This document shows positions 50,468 through 58,784 of a stretch of DNA of 61,742 nt, piece after piece. The stretch lies in the IMG/VR virus record IMGVR_UViG_3300037465_000034, one strand, 5' to 3'. The position numbers and the translations under genes were made by a program. Positions within the stretch are counted from its first letter, which is position 1. Each line of letters opens with the position of its first letter. The stretch comes from a virus. Under the pieces are notes generated by a model, which searched no databases, was not told where the DNA came from, and saw only the letters and a program-made list of their open reading frames with translations.

Positions 50468-51414
50468 AGTGACCTCGACACGGCCTTCGGCCTGTTCACA
50501 CAGCGCAGGCCGGGGATATTGAAGTGCTGCTTGAGGGCGGTTCCCTGCCGACGCAGCGCGACCCAATCCAGCTTCAACACCGCGACCAGCTCGGGGCGCT
50601 CTGCGAGTTGCCCGGCGATCGCCTTGATGACGTCGGCCTCACATGGGGCGGTCAGCTCCACGATCCAGTTGGCGGCGGTCCCAAAGCCCTCCGGCACCGA
50701 CGCAGCGGCCACCGGCTGCTGCGCCGCCTCTGCCTTGGCGTTGGCTGCGAGCTGGGCCTCCTGCGCCTTCCTCTCGCCTTCCAGCCGCGCCTGGCGCCCC
50801 TGTTCCTCGCGCTTGGCCTGTTCTACTGCAGCAGAACAGGCCCGGCGCTCGGCCGCGGCGGCGGCTTCCTTGTCGCCGGCCTTGCGCGCCGCCTCGGCCG
50901 CAGCCTGGGCTTCGAGGCGGCGCCTCTCGGCGGCCTCTGCCTCGGCGCGAGCCTTCCTCTCGACCTCTGCCGCCTTGGCGCGTTCGGCCGCTGCTGTTCT
51001 GTCGGCTTCCTCGCGGATCCTGCGCGCCTCGGCCTCCTGCTCTCGGCGCTGGTCCTCGACGCGCTTGTCCTCGGCCTGTTTCCACGCCACCAGCTTCGCC
51101 TTGAGAATTTCCTCTTTGCGCTCGTAGGCGTCGATGGTCGGCTTGAACCACTTGAGCGCGCTGGCGAGGATTGCCTTGGCCGGAGACACGAAGTCTTCGC
51201 GCATCGCCTTGATTTCCTTGAGCTTTATCTTGGTTCCGCGCAGCTCGGCGTTCGCCATTTCCGCGACCTCCTGGCAGTCCACCGTGAAGACCTCGGCCTC
51301 GGCGACGATCTCTTCCGCGCGCGCGAGTATGCGCTGCTGCTGGTCGGTCAGCCTGAGAATGACTGCAAGCTGCTCGTTGGTGGGTGGTGCGGCGGTGTCG
51401 GTTGCGGTGTTCAT
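50464..51414 (-). CDS. Coiled-coil protein of the recombination module
   Basis: ORF track. Central Ala/Glu/Arg/Lys coiled coil. Lies next to the exonuclease and RecT genes. Confidence 0.65.
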   Translation of the reverse strand: MNTATDTAAPPTNEQLAVILRLTDQQQRILARAEEIVAEAEVFTVDCQEVAEMANAELRGTKIKLKEIKAMREDFVSPAKAILASALKWFKPTIDAYERKEEILKAKLVAWKQAEDKRVEDQRREQEAEARRIREEADRTAAAERAKAAEVERKARAEAEAAERRRLEAQAAAEAARKAGDKEAAAAAERRACSAAVEQAKREEQGRQARLEGERKAQEAQLAANAKAEAAQQPVAAASVPEGFGTAANWIVELTAPCEADVIKAIAGQLAERPELVAVLKLDWVALRRQGTALKQHFNIPGLRCVNRPKAVSRSL

Positions 51415-52016
51415 CCTGCTTGCTCCTTTGGGGTGGGGTAGTGCCGTTGCCGCCAGCGATACTGCTGCAGGCAGGCGATGAAGGCGATGCGGTCGTCCTC
51501 GTCCTCGTATGGCGTCAGGTTGTATTTGCCGTCTTCGTGCAGTTCAAGCGCCCAGCGAGAAGAAGTGCGCCTGCACCGCTCGACCGTTTCGTTGCGCGCC
51601 ATTTCGTAGGCCGCGAGCTGCAGCCCGATCGCCGGGCCTGCGTAGAGGCTGCGCTTTATGTCGATCAGGACTCCACCGCCCTTGTGAATCGTGCCTGCGA
51701 GATCGAGAGTGCCGGCGTAGCCCATCCGATGATGATAGACCCGCTGTTCGCTCTCCCACGGCTCGAAGCGCGCGAAGGCGACGAAACTTCTCCATGCCTG
51801 GTGGTATGGCCGCAGCCATTCGGGCAGCTCGGCCAGGTCGTCGCGGATGGCGAGGGCAACCATCTTGTGGATTGCCTTGCCGCGCTCCTGCAGCTCGCGC
51901 AGCCGGTCTGCTGGTATGTGGCTGTAGTCGGTCAGGTGCGCGATGATGGAAGTTACGTTCGGAACGCGCTTTCCGTTCCAGAAGTAGGTGTGGCTCGCTT
52001 CGTCGAAGGTCAGCAC
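51411..52016 (-). CDS. PD-(D/E)XK-type exonuclease
   Basis: GTG at 52016 (GTGCTGA overlap). LTFDEASHTYFWNGKRVPNVTSII ... GYAGTLDLAG ... VLIDIKRS (D ... D/E-x-K). Confidence 0.7.
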   Translation of the reverse strand: MLTFDEASHTYFWNGKRVPNVTSIIAHLTDYSHIPADRLRELQERGKAIHKMVALAIRDDLAELPEWLRPYHQAWRSFVAFARFEPWESEQRVYHHRMGYAGTLDLAGTIHKGGGVLIDIKRSLYAGPAIGLQLAAYEMARNETVERCRRTSSRWALELHEDGKYNLTPYEDEDDRIAFIACLQQYRWRQRHYPTPKEQAG

Positions 52017-52276
52017 TCGATCCCCACCTTGAGGGCGTGTTCGTGAATGTCGGCGGCATCCTTCCTGCACAGCAGCACCGCGTTCTCGATCGCTCCGTGC
52101 TTTCTGTGGGTCTGAACTGCGTCGATCAGCAGCATTCCGACCTGATCGTGTTGATACCATGTCAGGACGCAGTTGGGTTCCTCCGTGACGTAAATAACAG
52201 TGGCGCCGGTTTCCTCGCGTTGATTTACCGGGGTGATGGTTTTGCGCCACAAAATGTTGGTCAACTCCATGGTCAT
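52010..52276 (-). CDS. Hypothetical protein
   Basis: ATGA overlap with the RecT stop. MTMELTNILWRKTITPVNQ... Confidence 0.55.
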   Translation of the reverse strand: MTMELTNILWRKTITPVNQREETGATVIYVTEEPNCVLTWYQHDQVGMLLIDAVQTHRKHGAIENAVLLCRKDAADIHEHALKVGIEC

Positions 52277-53319
52277 CCCTTCCTGTTGGCGTCGATCCAT
52301 TCGAGGATCGCGTTGGCCTCGGAGGCATCGAACAACACGAAGTCGGCCTTTGGCTCAAGGCTCTTGCCGGGGAAGGCGGCTTCCAGGTCTAGTTCGCTCA
52401 ACGCGGCGAGCTGCAGCTTCTTGCGGATGATCGTGATCTGCGACGGCCGCAGCGCGCTCTTGAAGTCGCCGTTGCCGGTCTTCTTCGGCTTCTGGCTGCC
52501 GGTCGGCTCTTCTGTGACGACTTCGCCCTCGACCACCTTCGGCTCGGCCCGCGCCTCGCTCTTGGACTTTGGCTGCTCGACCCTCGGGGGTGGCGGCTCA
52601 TCAGGCACAGGAGCGCCGGTGTCGTGTTCGATCACGCGACCGATCATTTCCTCCATCGTCGGCTGGGCGCCGATCTCGGGGAAGGCGCGGCGCAGCGCCA
52701 TCGCCTCGGCGCACTTCTCGAGCTGGCCGCGGGTGCGCTTCTCCCACATTTCGTTCGGCAGACTGGTGTCGCGCCCAGCGGTGGCGTAGGTCTCGCGCCA
52801 GTAGACCCTGCCGCTCGGGAACGGGCACCGTTGCCCTGCGATCAGGCGATACACCGTGACCTCGCACCACAGAGGGTAGGTGATTTGCTTGGTCGGCCAC
52901 TTGCCGACCACGATGCGCTTCCTCGCCTGTTCGTCCCATTCCACCTTGTCTTCTCCGCCCAGGGTCTCGGTGACGTCCGCGCCCCACTCGGCGCTGTCCA
53001 TGCCGGCGTAGACCCCGGTGCGCGCTGCCTTGGTGCGGTAGAGCTCGATGCCCTGCATCACAACGTCGCGCTTTTTGTAGGCAAAGCCGCCGTCATCCTT
53101 CTTCACCTTGACTGTCATGGGGACGATGTGAAACGGCTTGCTCATGGCGTCCAGGCCCTGCGCCTCGCAGGCCGCGATCACTAGCGCAATGGATTTTTTG
53201 TCGGCGCCTGGATAGATGGTGGACTCGAGAACGTCGATGCGTTGGTCTAACGTCAGTAGCTCGAAGCGCCGCTCGGGCTGAGCGGGGACTACCTGCTGCT
53301 TGTTGCTGGGTGCATTCAT
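52273..53319 (-). CDS. recT: RecT-family single-strand annealing recombinase
   Basis: ATG at 53319 after AAGGAG. ..KSIALVIAACEAQGLDAMSKPFHIVPM ... ELYRTKAARTGVYAGMDSAEWG ... GQLEKCAEAMALRRAFPE. Confidence 0.85.
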   Translation of the reverse strand: MNAPSNKQQVVPAQPERRFELLTLDQRIDVLESTIYPGADKKSIALVIAACEAQGLDAMSKPFHIVPMTVKVKKDDGGFAYKKRDVVMQGIELYRTKAARTGVYAGMDSAEWGADVTETLGGEDKVEWDEQARKRIVVGKWPTKQITYPLWCEVTVYRLIAGQRCPFPSGRVYWRETYATAGRDTSLPNEMWEKRTRGQLEKCAEAMALRRAFPEIGAQPTMEEMIGRVIEHDTGAPVPDEPPPPRVEQPKSKSEARAEPKVVEGEVVTEEPTGSQKPKKTGNGDFKSALRPSQITIIRKKLQLAALSELDLEAAFPGKSLEPKADFVLFDASEANAILEWIDANRKG

Positions 53320-53321
53320 GG

Positions 53322-53492
53322 TCACTCCTTGGTAATTGCCATGCAGCCTTCCGGGTGGGTTCGCGTGGCGTTGGCGCGCCACACATCTGCGTCCCGCGCT
53401 GCCTCTTGTGGCGCGCGGAGGGAATAGACCAGATCAGTGACGATCACGCCAAGCGCGAACGACACCACGATGACTGTCAGCTTCTCTATCAC
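53322..53492 (-). CDS. Small TM protein (56 aa)
   Basis: GTGA overlap with the upstream stop. TM segment KLTVIVVSFALGVIVTDLVY. Confidence 0.4.
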   Translation of the reverse strand: MIEKLTVIVVSFALGVIVTDLVYSLRAPQEAARDADVWRANATRTHPEGCMAITKE

Positions 53493-53626
53493 AGAGATCC
53501 CAGACAAAACGAGATCACGGCCAGGAGCGCGCCCATCGAGAACCAAAAGGCGCGATCAATATAGATCCACTCGCGGATCCGTTGCTTTGCATCGTCGCTG
53601 TGCGACAGGTAGTTGACCCAAGTCAC
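53489..53626 (-). CDS. Small TM protein (45 aa), first gene of the leftward operon
   Basis: GTG at 53626 after AAGGAG. C-terminal TM AFWFSMGALLAVISFCLGSL. Confidence 0.4.
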   Translation of the reverse strand: MTWVNYLSHSDDAKQRIREWIYIDRAFWFSMGALLAVISFCLGSL

Positions 53627-53729
53627 TGTGGCTCCTTGGCCCGGCACGTCATTGTCACCCCGGTTGCTGTCGGTGGTCAAGCGCCTACTTAACGGCCCCG
53701 GGCCGCGTGGTGAGCCCCCCTAGCCAGAC

Positions 53730-53759
53730 TTGCGCTCTCGGTGCAATGTCGCCTAGAAT
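53730..53759 (+). promoter_or_regulatory. Sigma70-like promoter (TTGCGC, 18 nt, TAGAAT) that would give a near-leaderless Cro-like mRNA
   Basis: -35 at 53730-53735 and -10 at 53754-53759. The ATG of the next gene is at 53766, and no SD lies between. Confidence 0.4.
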
Positions 53760-53765
53760 ACCGCC

Positions 53766-53963
53766 ATGAACCCCTACACCGATGGACTGAACAGGCTGCG
53801 CCGCGATAGGCGCTCGACCTATACCCTAGCCGCAGAGATCGGGATTCCTAGGGAGACCGTCCGCGACATCAAGACTGGCCGCATTCGTGCGCCGCGCTGG
53901 ACGACGATGCAGAAGATCGCCGGCCACTACCTGCGCCGCAGGGGCGGCAAAAAGCGCGCCTGA
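53766..53963 (+). CDS. Cro-like small HTH regulator
   Basis: ..STYTLAAEIGIPRETVRDIKTGR.. HTH. First gene of the rightward operon, divergent from the leftward operon. Confidence 0.55.
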   Translation: MNPYTDGLNRLRRDRRSTYTLAAEIGIPRETVRDIKTGRIRAPRWTTMQKIAGHYLRRRGGKKRA

Positions 53964-54010
53964 ATGGGTCGCGGGACAGTGCGGCGCAAGCGCGCAGGAT
54001 AAGCCAGGCC

Positions 54011-54814
54011 ATGTATAACAAGCTGTTCACGAAGATCTTGGACAGCACCGTGTGGCTCGAACCTGACGCGACCAGGCTTGTGTGGATCACGATGCTTGCG
54101 GCGATGGACGAGGACGGGTTCGTGGCGCTTTCGTCTGTGGGCAACGTCGCTGCGCGCGCCCGCGTGTCGCTGGAAGACGCTCAGAAGGCGGTGGCCGCGC
54201 TCGAGGCCGACGATCGCCACGACCCAGGCCAAGAGCATGGTGGTCGCAGAATAGAGCGGGTTCCGTATGGCTGGATGGTAGTAAATGCCAGCAAATACAG
54301 GGACATAGTTGCCAGAGAGACTGCTCGAGCGAGCAACAGGGAGAGGGTTCGAATGCACCGCGCACGTAATGCCTCTGTAACGCATGGTAATGCGGTGTCA
54401 CCAAATGTAACGCATGGTAATGCGGTGTCACCAAATGTAACTCATGGTAATGCGGTGTCACCAAATGTAACGCAATCAGAAGCAGTATCAGAGGCATTAT
54501 ATAAACCCATTGTCGGGCTGAAGCCCGACGACGCGAGGTCTTTGAAGGCAGGGCGCGTAAGGCATGCCATCGAGATCCTCGCGTTCCTGAACGAGAAAGC
54601 CGGCAAGCACTTCCAGCCGGTCAAGCAGAACGTCGATCTGATCGTAGGACTACTGGCAAGCGGATCCACGCCGGAGGACATTCGCGCGGTCGTTGCGAAG
54701 AAGGTGCGCGAATGGAAGGGTTCTCCAGACATGGAGCGATACCTGCGCCCGGCAACGCTGTTCGGCCCGAAGAATTTCCACAGCAAGTATAGAGGGGAGA
54801 TCCCGCCAGAATGA
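54011..54814 (+). CDS. Replication initiator (lambda O-like: N-terminal wHTH plus phage conserved C-terminal domain) with internal iterons
   Basis: MYNKLFTKILDSTVWLEPDATRLVWITMLAAMDEDGFV.. C-terminal part ILAFLNEKAGKHFQPVKQNVDLIVGLLASG.TPEDIRAVVAKKVREWKG...YLRPATLFGPKNF. Linker VTHGNAVSPN x3 is encoded by the iterons. Confidence 0.75.
   Translation: MYNKLFTKILDSTVWLEPDATRLVWITMLAAMDEDGFVALSSVGNVAARARVSLEDAQKAVAALEADDRHDPGQEHGGRRIERVPYGWMVVNASKYRDIVARETARASNRERVRMHRARNASVTHGNAVSPNVTHGNAVSPNVTHGNAVSPNVTQSEAVSEALYKPIVGLKPDDARSLKAGRVRHAIEILAFLNEKAGKHFQPVKQNVDLIVGLLASGSTPEDIRAVVAKKVREWKGSPDMERYLRPATLFGPKNFHSKYRGEIPPE
54376..54474 (+). repeat. Iteron array: 30-bp unit gtaacgcatggtaatgcggtgtcaccaaat x3 plus a partial fourth; probable replication origin
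   Basis: Units at 54376-54405, 54406-54435 and 54436-54465 (one mismatch), with a partial unit at 54466-54474. Followed by the AT-rich cattatataaaccca at 54495-54509. Locally low G+C. Confidence 0.75.
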
Positions 54815-54869
54815 GCACTCGTCGGCATCGCGCTTCTGCTGTTTGTTAACGCCCGCGGCGTGATGGCAA

Positions 54870-55082
54870 GTGATCTGCGCTGAATGCAACGGGCGTATCA
54901 ATGACGGCGCCGAAAGGTGTCGCTGCGGCTGGGTGGTGCCGCCACCGTTGAATTCCACCCCTCCTGTCGAGCGCCCAAGGCCGATCGTTGACCGCCCAAG
55001 CCGGTGCTCCAACAGCTTCTGCAACGAGATACGCGAGGCGTATCGGCGCAGCGCGGCCTACGCGCGCAGGAACAGGTCGTGA
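54870..55082 (+). CDS. Small zinc-ribbon protein
   Basis: GTG start. MICAECNGRINDGAERCRCGW. Confidence 0.45.
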   Translation: MICAECNGRINDGAERCRCGWVVPPPLNSTPPVERPRPIVDRPSRCSNSFCNEIREAYRRSAAYARRNRS

Positions 55083-55111
55083 TCCGAGTAACTTTCTGCG
55101 TAGGGGGGGCG

Positions 55112-55381
55112 GTGTATGTCTTAGAGCTCCAAGAGGGCCGCGAGCAGGAGGTTCTCGAGCTTGCGGCGAAGAGGATCTTCCCGACGCCAGACCCAGCGAG
55201 AGAGCGCGAGAGCGCAATGCGGTTTGAGGCGATGATGCGAGCCAGGAAGAAAGTCTCCCATGAGCAGAACAGGCATCTACGATTGCAGCGCCAGCAGGTT
55301 AGCCCTAAAGAGCATGTGGAGGGGAGCTGGGCCACGATCCCTCCGTCTGCTGGCGCTGCATCAGGCCCTGGGTGCTTATGA
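55112..55381 (+). CDS. Hypothetical protein
   Basis: GTG at 55112 after a G-rich SD. In-frame part of ORF 55004..55381. Confidence 0.4.
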   Translation: MYVLELQEGREQEVLELAAKRIFPTPDPARERESAMRFEAMMRARKKVSHEQNRHLRLQRQQVSPKEHVEGSWATIPPSAGAASGPGCL

Positions 55382-55405
55382 TGCGCGACAGCATCTAACT
55401 GAGGA

Positions 55406-55669
55406 ATGCACGTGGCCTACTTTCCTAACGCCAGCACGCCTGGCGCCGAGGCGTTTGACGACCTATGCTCGCGTTGCAGGTTCGGTGGCGGCCAGGTGCC
55501 GTGCCCTATCTGGATGGCGCAGCAAACATACAACTACGAGGCGGCCAACAATGAAGTGGCGACTGCGATCCTCGGTATGCTCGTCACCGACGATGGCGCG
55601 TGCCAGATGTTCGCGCTAGACCCCGAGCTGTTCTTATCTGACACTTGGTTGGCCCTATCTGTGACCTGA
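55406..55669 (+). CDS. Hypothetical Cys-containing protein
   Basis: ORF track. ..CSRCRFGGGQVPCPIWMAQQ.. Confidence 0.5.
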   Translation: MHVAYFPNASTPGAEAFDDLCSRCRFGGGQVPCPIWMAQQTYNYEAANNEVATAILGMLVTDDGACQMFALDPELFLSDTWLALSVT

Positions 55670-55764
55670 ACGAGCTGCTGGACGAATCCAGGTGTTGCAT
55701 TGGTCGGAGACCGGACATAGCACACACCACGCCGCCCGGCGAGGGCGACACCACAGGAGGTCAC

Positions 55765-56115
55765 GTGTCAACCATACAGACGCTCTACACGATGCACGAC
55801 GCGGACGCCGGCAAGCTGATCGGAGTCGTGGCCGCTGTGCGCGCTCTCGGCGCCCCCACGATCCGGGTGGTCGATTGCGGTGATCATTACGTCGCGCTCG
55901 AAGGAGTGCATCGGCTCGCCGCCTGCGCGCAACTCGGCATCGCGCCCGTCCTCGATGTGCTGGAGCAGGACGATCTGGTCGCGGCTGACTCGCTCGACTG
56001 GCCCGATCTGCGTCGAGGGGAGCAATACACCGCGGGCGAGCTGGCTGGAGAGGCTTACAGTCCGGGCAGCGGCGTCTACACCATCAACCCGGACGGAACC
56101 ATTGACGCGCTGTAG
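55765..56115 (+). CDS. ParB/Srx-fold (ParB-like nuclease domain) protein
   Basis: GTG at 55765 after CAGGAGG. ..IRVVDCGDHYVALEGVHRLAACAQLGIAPV.. Confidence 0.6.
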   Translation: MSTIQTLYTMHDADAGKLIGVVAAVRALGAPTIRVVDCGDHYVALEGVHRLAACAQLGIAPVLDVLEQDDLVAADSLDWPDLRRGEQYTAGELAGEAYSPGSGVYTINPDGTIDAL

Positions 56116-56228
56116 CGTGCGACAGGCGATAACCGGAGGATCGACATGACCACCATCCAGCACACCCTCCCTGCTTACGGGGCGCGTGAAAGGACGAGTG
56201 ACCATGACGACACTCAACGAGCGCGAAC

Positions 56229-57098
56229 TTGTTAACGCGCGATCCGTTCCGTATCGCAGGCCCGGCGGTCATCTCCGTCAGTGGCGGACGCACCAGCGGC
56301 TATATGCTCTGGCGCATCCTGCAATCCCACGGCGGACAGTTGCCAGATGATGTGCGAGCGATGTTCGCCAACACGGGCAAGGAGATGCCCGAGACTCTTG
56401 ACTTCGTGCGCGACATGGGCGAGCGGTGGGGAGTGCCGATCACTTGGGTTGAGTATCGCCCAAAGACAGATGCCGGCAAGCAACACGCCATCGTTGATTG
56501 GCACAACGCGAGCAGACTCTGGGAACCATACGCCGCGCTGATCGCAGACAGGAAATACCTGCCGAATCCAGTTGCCAGATTTTGCACGATTGAACTCAAA
56601 ATCAGGCCGATGCACCGAGTTGTGCGTAAGTGGGGATGGGAGGAATGGACTAGCTGCATCGGAATACGCGCCGACGAACCTCGCAGGGTAGCCAAGTTGG
56701 CGGCTCGATCAGGCGCTGAAACTGCGTATGAAACTGCCATTGCACCACTCGCGCAAGCAGGCATCGCGGTGAAGGACGTGTCCGAGTTTTGGCGACAACA
56801 GCCGTTCGACTTGCGACTACCGAATATGGGCGACAGGACAATGCACGGTAACTGTGACTTGTGCTTCCTCAAAGGCGCAGACCAAATTTATTCCTTAATC
56901 CGAGAACAACCCAAGCGTGCCATCTGGTGGATGGAGCAGGAGGCAAAGATTTACAGTAGCGGCCAATTCAGGGGCGATGGTGCTAGATTCAGGTCAGACC
57001 GCCCATCTTACAAACAAATGTATGAGTCCGCGATTAGCCAAAAGGAGTTGTTCGAGTTTGGGGACGAACCACTTCAGGATTGCTTCTGTGTTGATTGA
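56229..57098 (+). CDS. PAPS-reductase-family (PP-loop ATP pyrophosphatase) protein
   Basis: PP-loop VISVSGGRTSGYM. ..NTGKEMPETLDFV.. C-terminal Cys pair HGNCDLCFLKG. Only a TTG start is available in frame. Confidence 0.8.
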   Translation: MLTRDPFRIAGPAVISVSGGRTSGYMLWRILQSHGGQLPDDVRAMFANTGKEMPETLDFVRDMGERWGVPITWVEYRPKTDAGKQHAIVDWHNASRLWEPYAALIADRKYLPNPVARFCTIELKIRPMHRVVRKWGWEEWTSCIGIRADEPRRVAKLAARSGAETAYETAIAPLAQAGIAVKDVSEFWRQQPFDLRLPNMGDRTMHGNCDLCFLKGADQIYSLIREQPKRAIWWMEQEAKIYSSGQFRGDGARFRSDRPSYKQMYESAISQKELFEFGDEPLQDCFCVD

Positions 57099-57126
57099 CA
57101 GGGGTCGTGGACATGATGGTGCGACT

Positions 57127-57816
57127 GTGAAAGTTGCCGTGCTCTACGAGCGCAGCGGGATCGTGCGCGACGCCTTCGCTGCCCTGGGGCATGACGCCGC
57201 CAGTGTTGACCTGGAACCAAGCGAGCGTAGCGGGCCGCATTTCGTGGAGGACGCCCTTCACTGGCTGTCACGCAACCACGTCGATCTCGCCATTGCGCAT
57301 CCGCCATGCACATACCTCTCGGTCAGCGGGCTGCACTGGAACCACCGGCGGCCGGAGAGGGCCGCCCTGACCGAGGTAGCTGTGAGGCACTTTCTCGATC
57401 TGATCGGGCTGCTGAATGAATCCGCAGGAACTTGGGCGATCGAGAATCCAGTGGGCTGCATGAGTAAATTGTGGCGCAAGCCCAATCAAATTATTCAGCC
57501 GCACCAATTTGGCCATGACGCGAGCAAGGCGACGTGCCTGTGGCTGAAAAATCTGCCGCTGCTGCGCCCAACCAAGCAAATTCCACCAATTTTCGGGTGT
57601 GAATGTGGCACGCGGTTTCCATTGGAGCTGGGCAAACATGGTTGTCCCAACTGTCGCGGCGACGGCCGTGTGCGACGGATTTGGGGAAACCAGACCCCGA
57701 CGGGTCAGAACAGGCTCGGCCCAAGCGCGAAGCGGGCGATGGACAGGGCGCGCACCTATCCCGGCATAGCAGAGGCTATGGCATTTCAATGGGGGCGGCT
57801 GATAAGCGCGCCGTGA
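57127..57816 (+). CDS. DNA C5-cytosine methyltransferase-like protein (compact, with a zinc-ribbon insert)
   Basis: VAVLYERSGIVRDAF (motif I-like), AHPPCTYLSVSG (motif IV PC), WAIENPVG (motif VI ENV-like). Insert CECGTRFPLELGKHGCPNC. Start uncertain (GTG 57127, GTG 57088 or TTG 57091). Confidence 0.65.
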   Translation: MKVAVLYERSGIVRDAFAALGHDAASVDLEPSERSGPHFVEDALHWLSRNHVDLAIAHPPCTYLSVSGLHWNHRRPERAALTEVAVRHFLDLIGLLNESAGTWAIENPVGCMSKLWRKPNQIIQPHQFGHDASKATCLWLKNLPLLRPTKQIPPIFGCECGTRFPLELGKHGCPNCRGDGRVRRIWGNQTPTGQNRLGPSAKRAMDRARTYPGIAEAMAFQWGRLISAP

Positions 57817-57845
57817 CGTTTCGCGCGGCACCCAAATAAACAACC

Positions 57846-58046
57846 ATGACGAAGCCGCTCGAATGTCACAGATGGCCGCGCAGGCGTAGATACGGATGTG
57901 TTCGTGTTGCCTCATGGCTGATTGGCACGGAGAAAGTGCCATACTGCCAAGTGTGCGCGGAGCGATACCCCAGAAAAATCGCAGGGCGCACAGTCCAGCG
58001 CATTCCAATTCGGCGAGTGCAGGATGAAACTGAAGTTCTACGTTGA
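57846..58046 (+). CDS. Small Cys-containing protein
   Basis: ORF track. ..VPYCQVCAERY.. Confidence 0.4.
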   Translation: MTKPLECHRWPRRRRYGCVRVASWLIGTEKVPYCQVCAERYPRKIAGRTVQRIPIRRVQDETEVLR

Positions 58047-58224
58047 CATCTATCCAGGGCTCGACTATCACCGAGCCGTGCTCTACGCGACGACCCAGCC
58101 CTGCCAGAAAGGCGGCGGCGTCAGGCGCTTCGCGTTCGAGGTCGAGCTTGACGACACCATCATCAACGATGTCGATGTCGAGGTGTCGCCGGCGAAGGTA
58201 GGGGCTCCGCTGTTGCAGCCGTGA
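58024..58224 (+). CDS. Hypothetical small protein
   Basis: ATG at 58024 (MKLKFYVDIYPGLDYHRAVLY...). In-frame part of ORF 57922..58224. Confidence 0.45.
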   Translation: MKLKFYVDIYPGLDYHRAVLYATTQPCQKGGGVRRFAFEVELDDTIINDVDVEVSPAKVGAPLLQP

Positions 58225-58237
58225 CGATCAGGATCGC

Positions 58238-58708
58238 GTGAGCCGCATCACGGTTAGGAAGGGCGAGGACGGCAAGCTCTGCGGGTTCAGCCAGGCCGAC
58301 AAGCGCGCCTACGCGCGCTTCCGCAAGGCACTCGACGAGCTGGAGATCGGAGATTTGCTGACATTCTCGACCTGGTTCCCGAGGAACCCTGCCTTCCACA
58401 AGATGCACTTCTCGATGATTGGCGGCCTCTTTGACGCGCAGGAGCAATTCGCCGATCCAGACGACCTCCGCCGCTGGCTATACGTCGGTGCGGGTTACTG
58501 CGAGATCGTGCCTGGCCCAAGGGGTCGCATGGTGGCGCTGCCGAAGTCGGTGGCCTACGATAAGCTGGACGATGCCGAGTTCAGCGAGCTGCACCGCAAG
58601 GTGATCGAGTTCCTGCGGAGCGAACACGCGCAAGCCTTCCTCTGGCCGCACCTGAGGCCGGCCCAGCGCGCCGACGCGATCGAGACGATGCTGACGGGGT
58701 ATGAATGA
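58238..58708 (+). CDS. DUF1367-like phage protein
   Basis: ..FHKMHFSMIGGLFDAQEQFADPDDLRRWLYVGAGYCE...PKSVAYDKLDDAEFSELHRKVIEFL.. Family is from memory. Confidence 0.55.
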   Translation: MSRITVRKGEDGKLCGFSQADKRAYARFRKALDELEIGDLLTFSTWFPRNPAFHKMHFSMIGGLFDAQEQFADPDDLRRWLYVGAGYCEIVPGPRGRMVALPKSVAYDKLDDAEFSELHRKVIEFLRSEHAQAFLWPHLRPAQRADAIETMLTGYE

Positions 58709-58784
58709 CGCAGGGCGATTGGCAGCAGATGGCCGGCGGATCTTGAGGCGCGATAATCGTGCTCCTCGGATCGCCGCTGAAACA

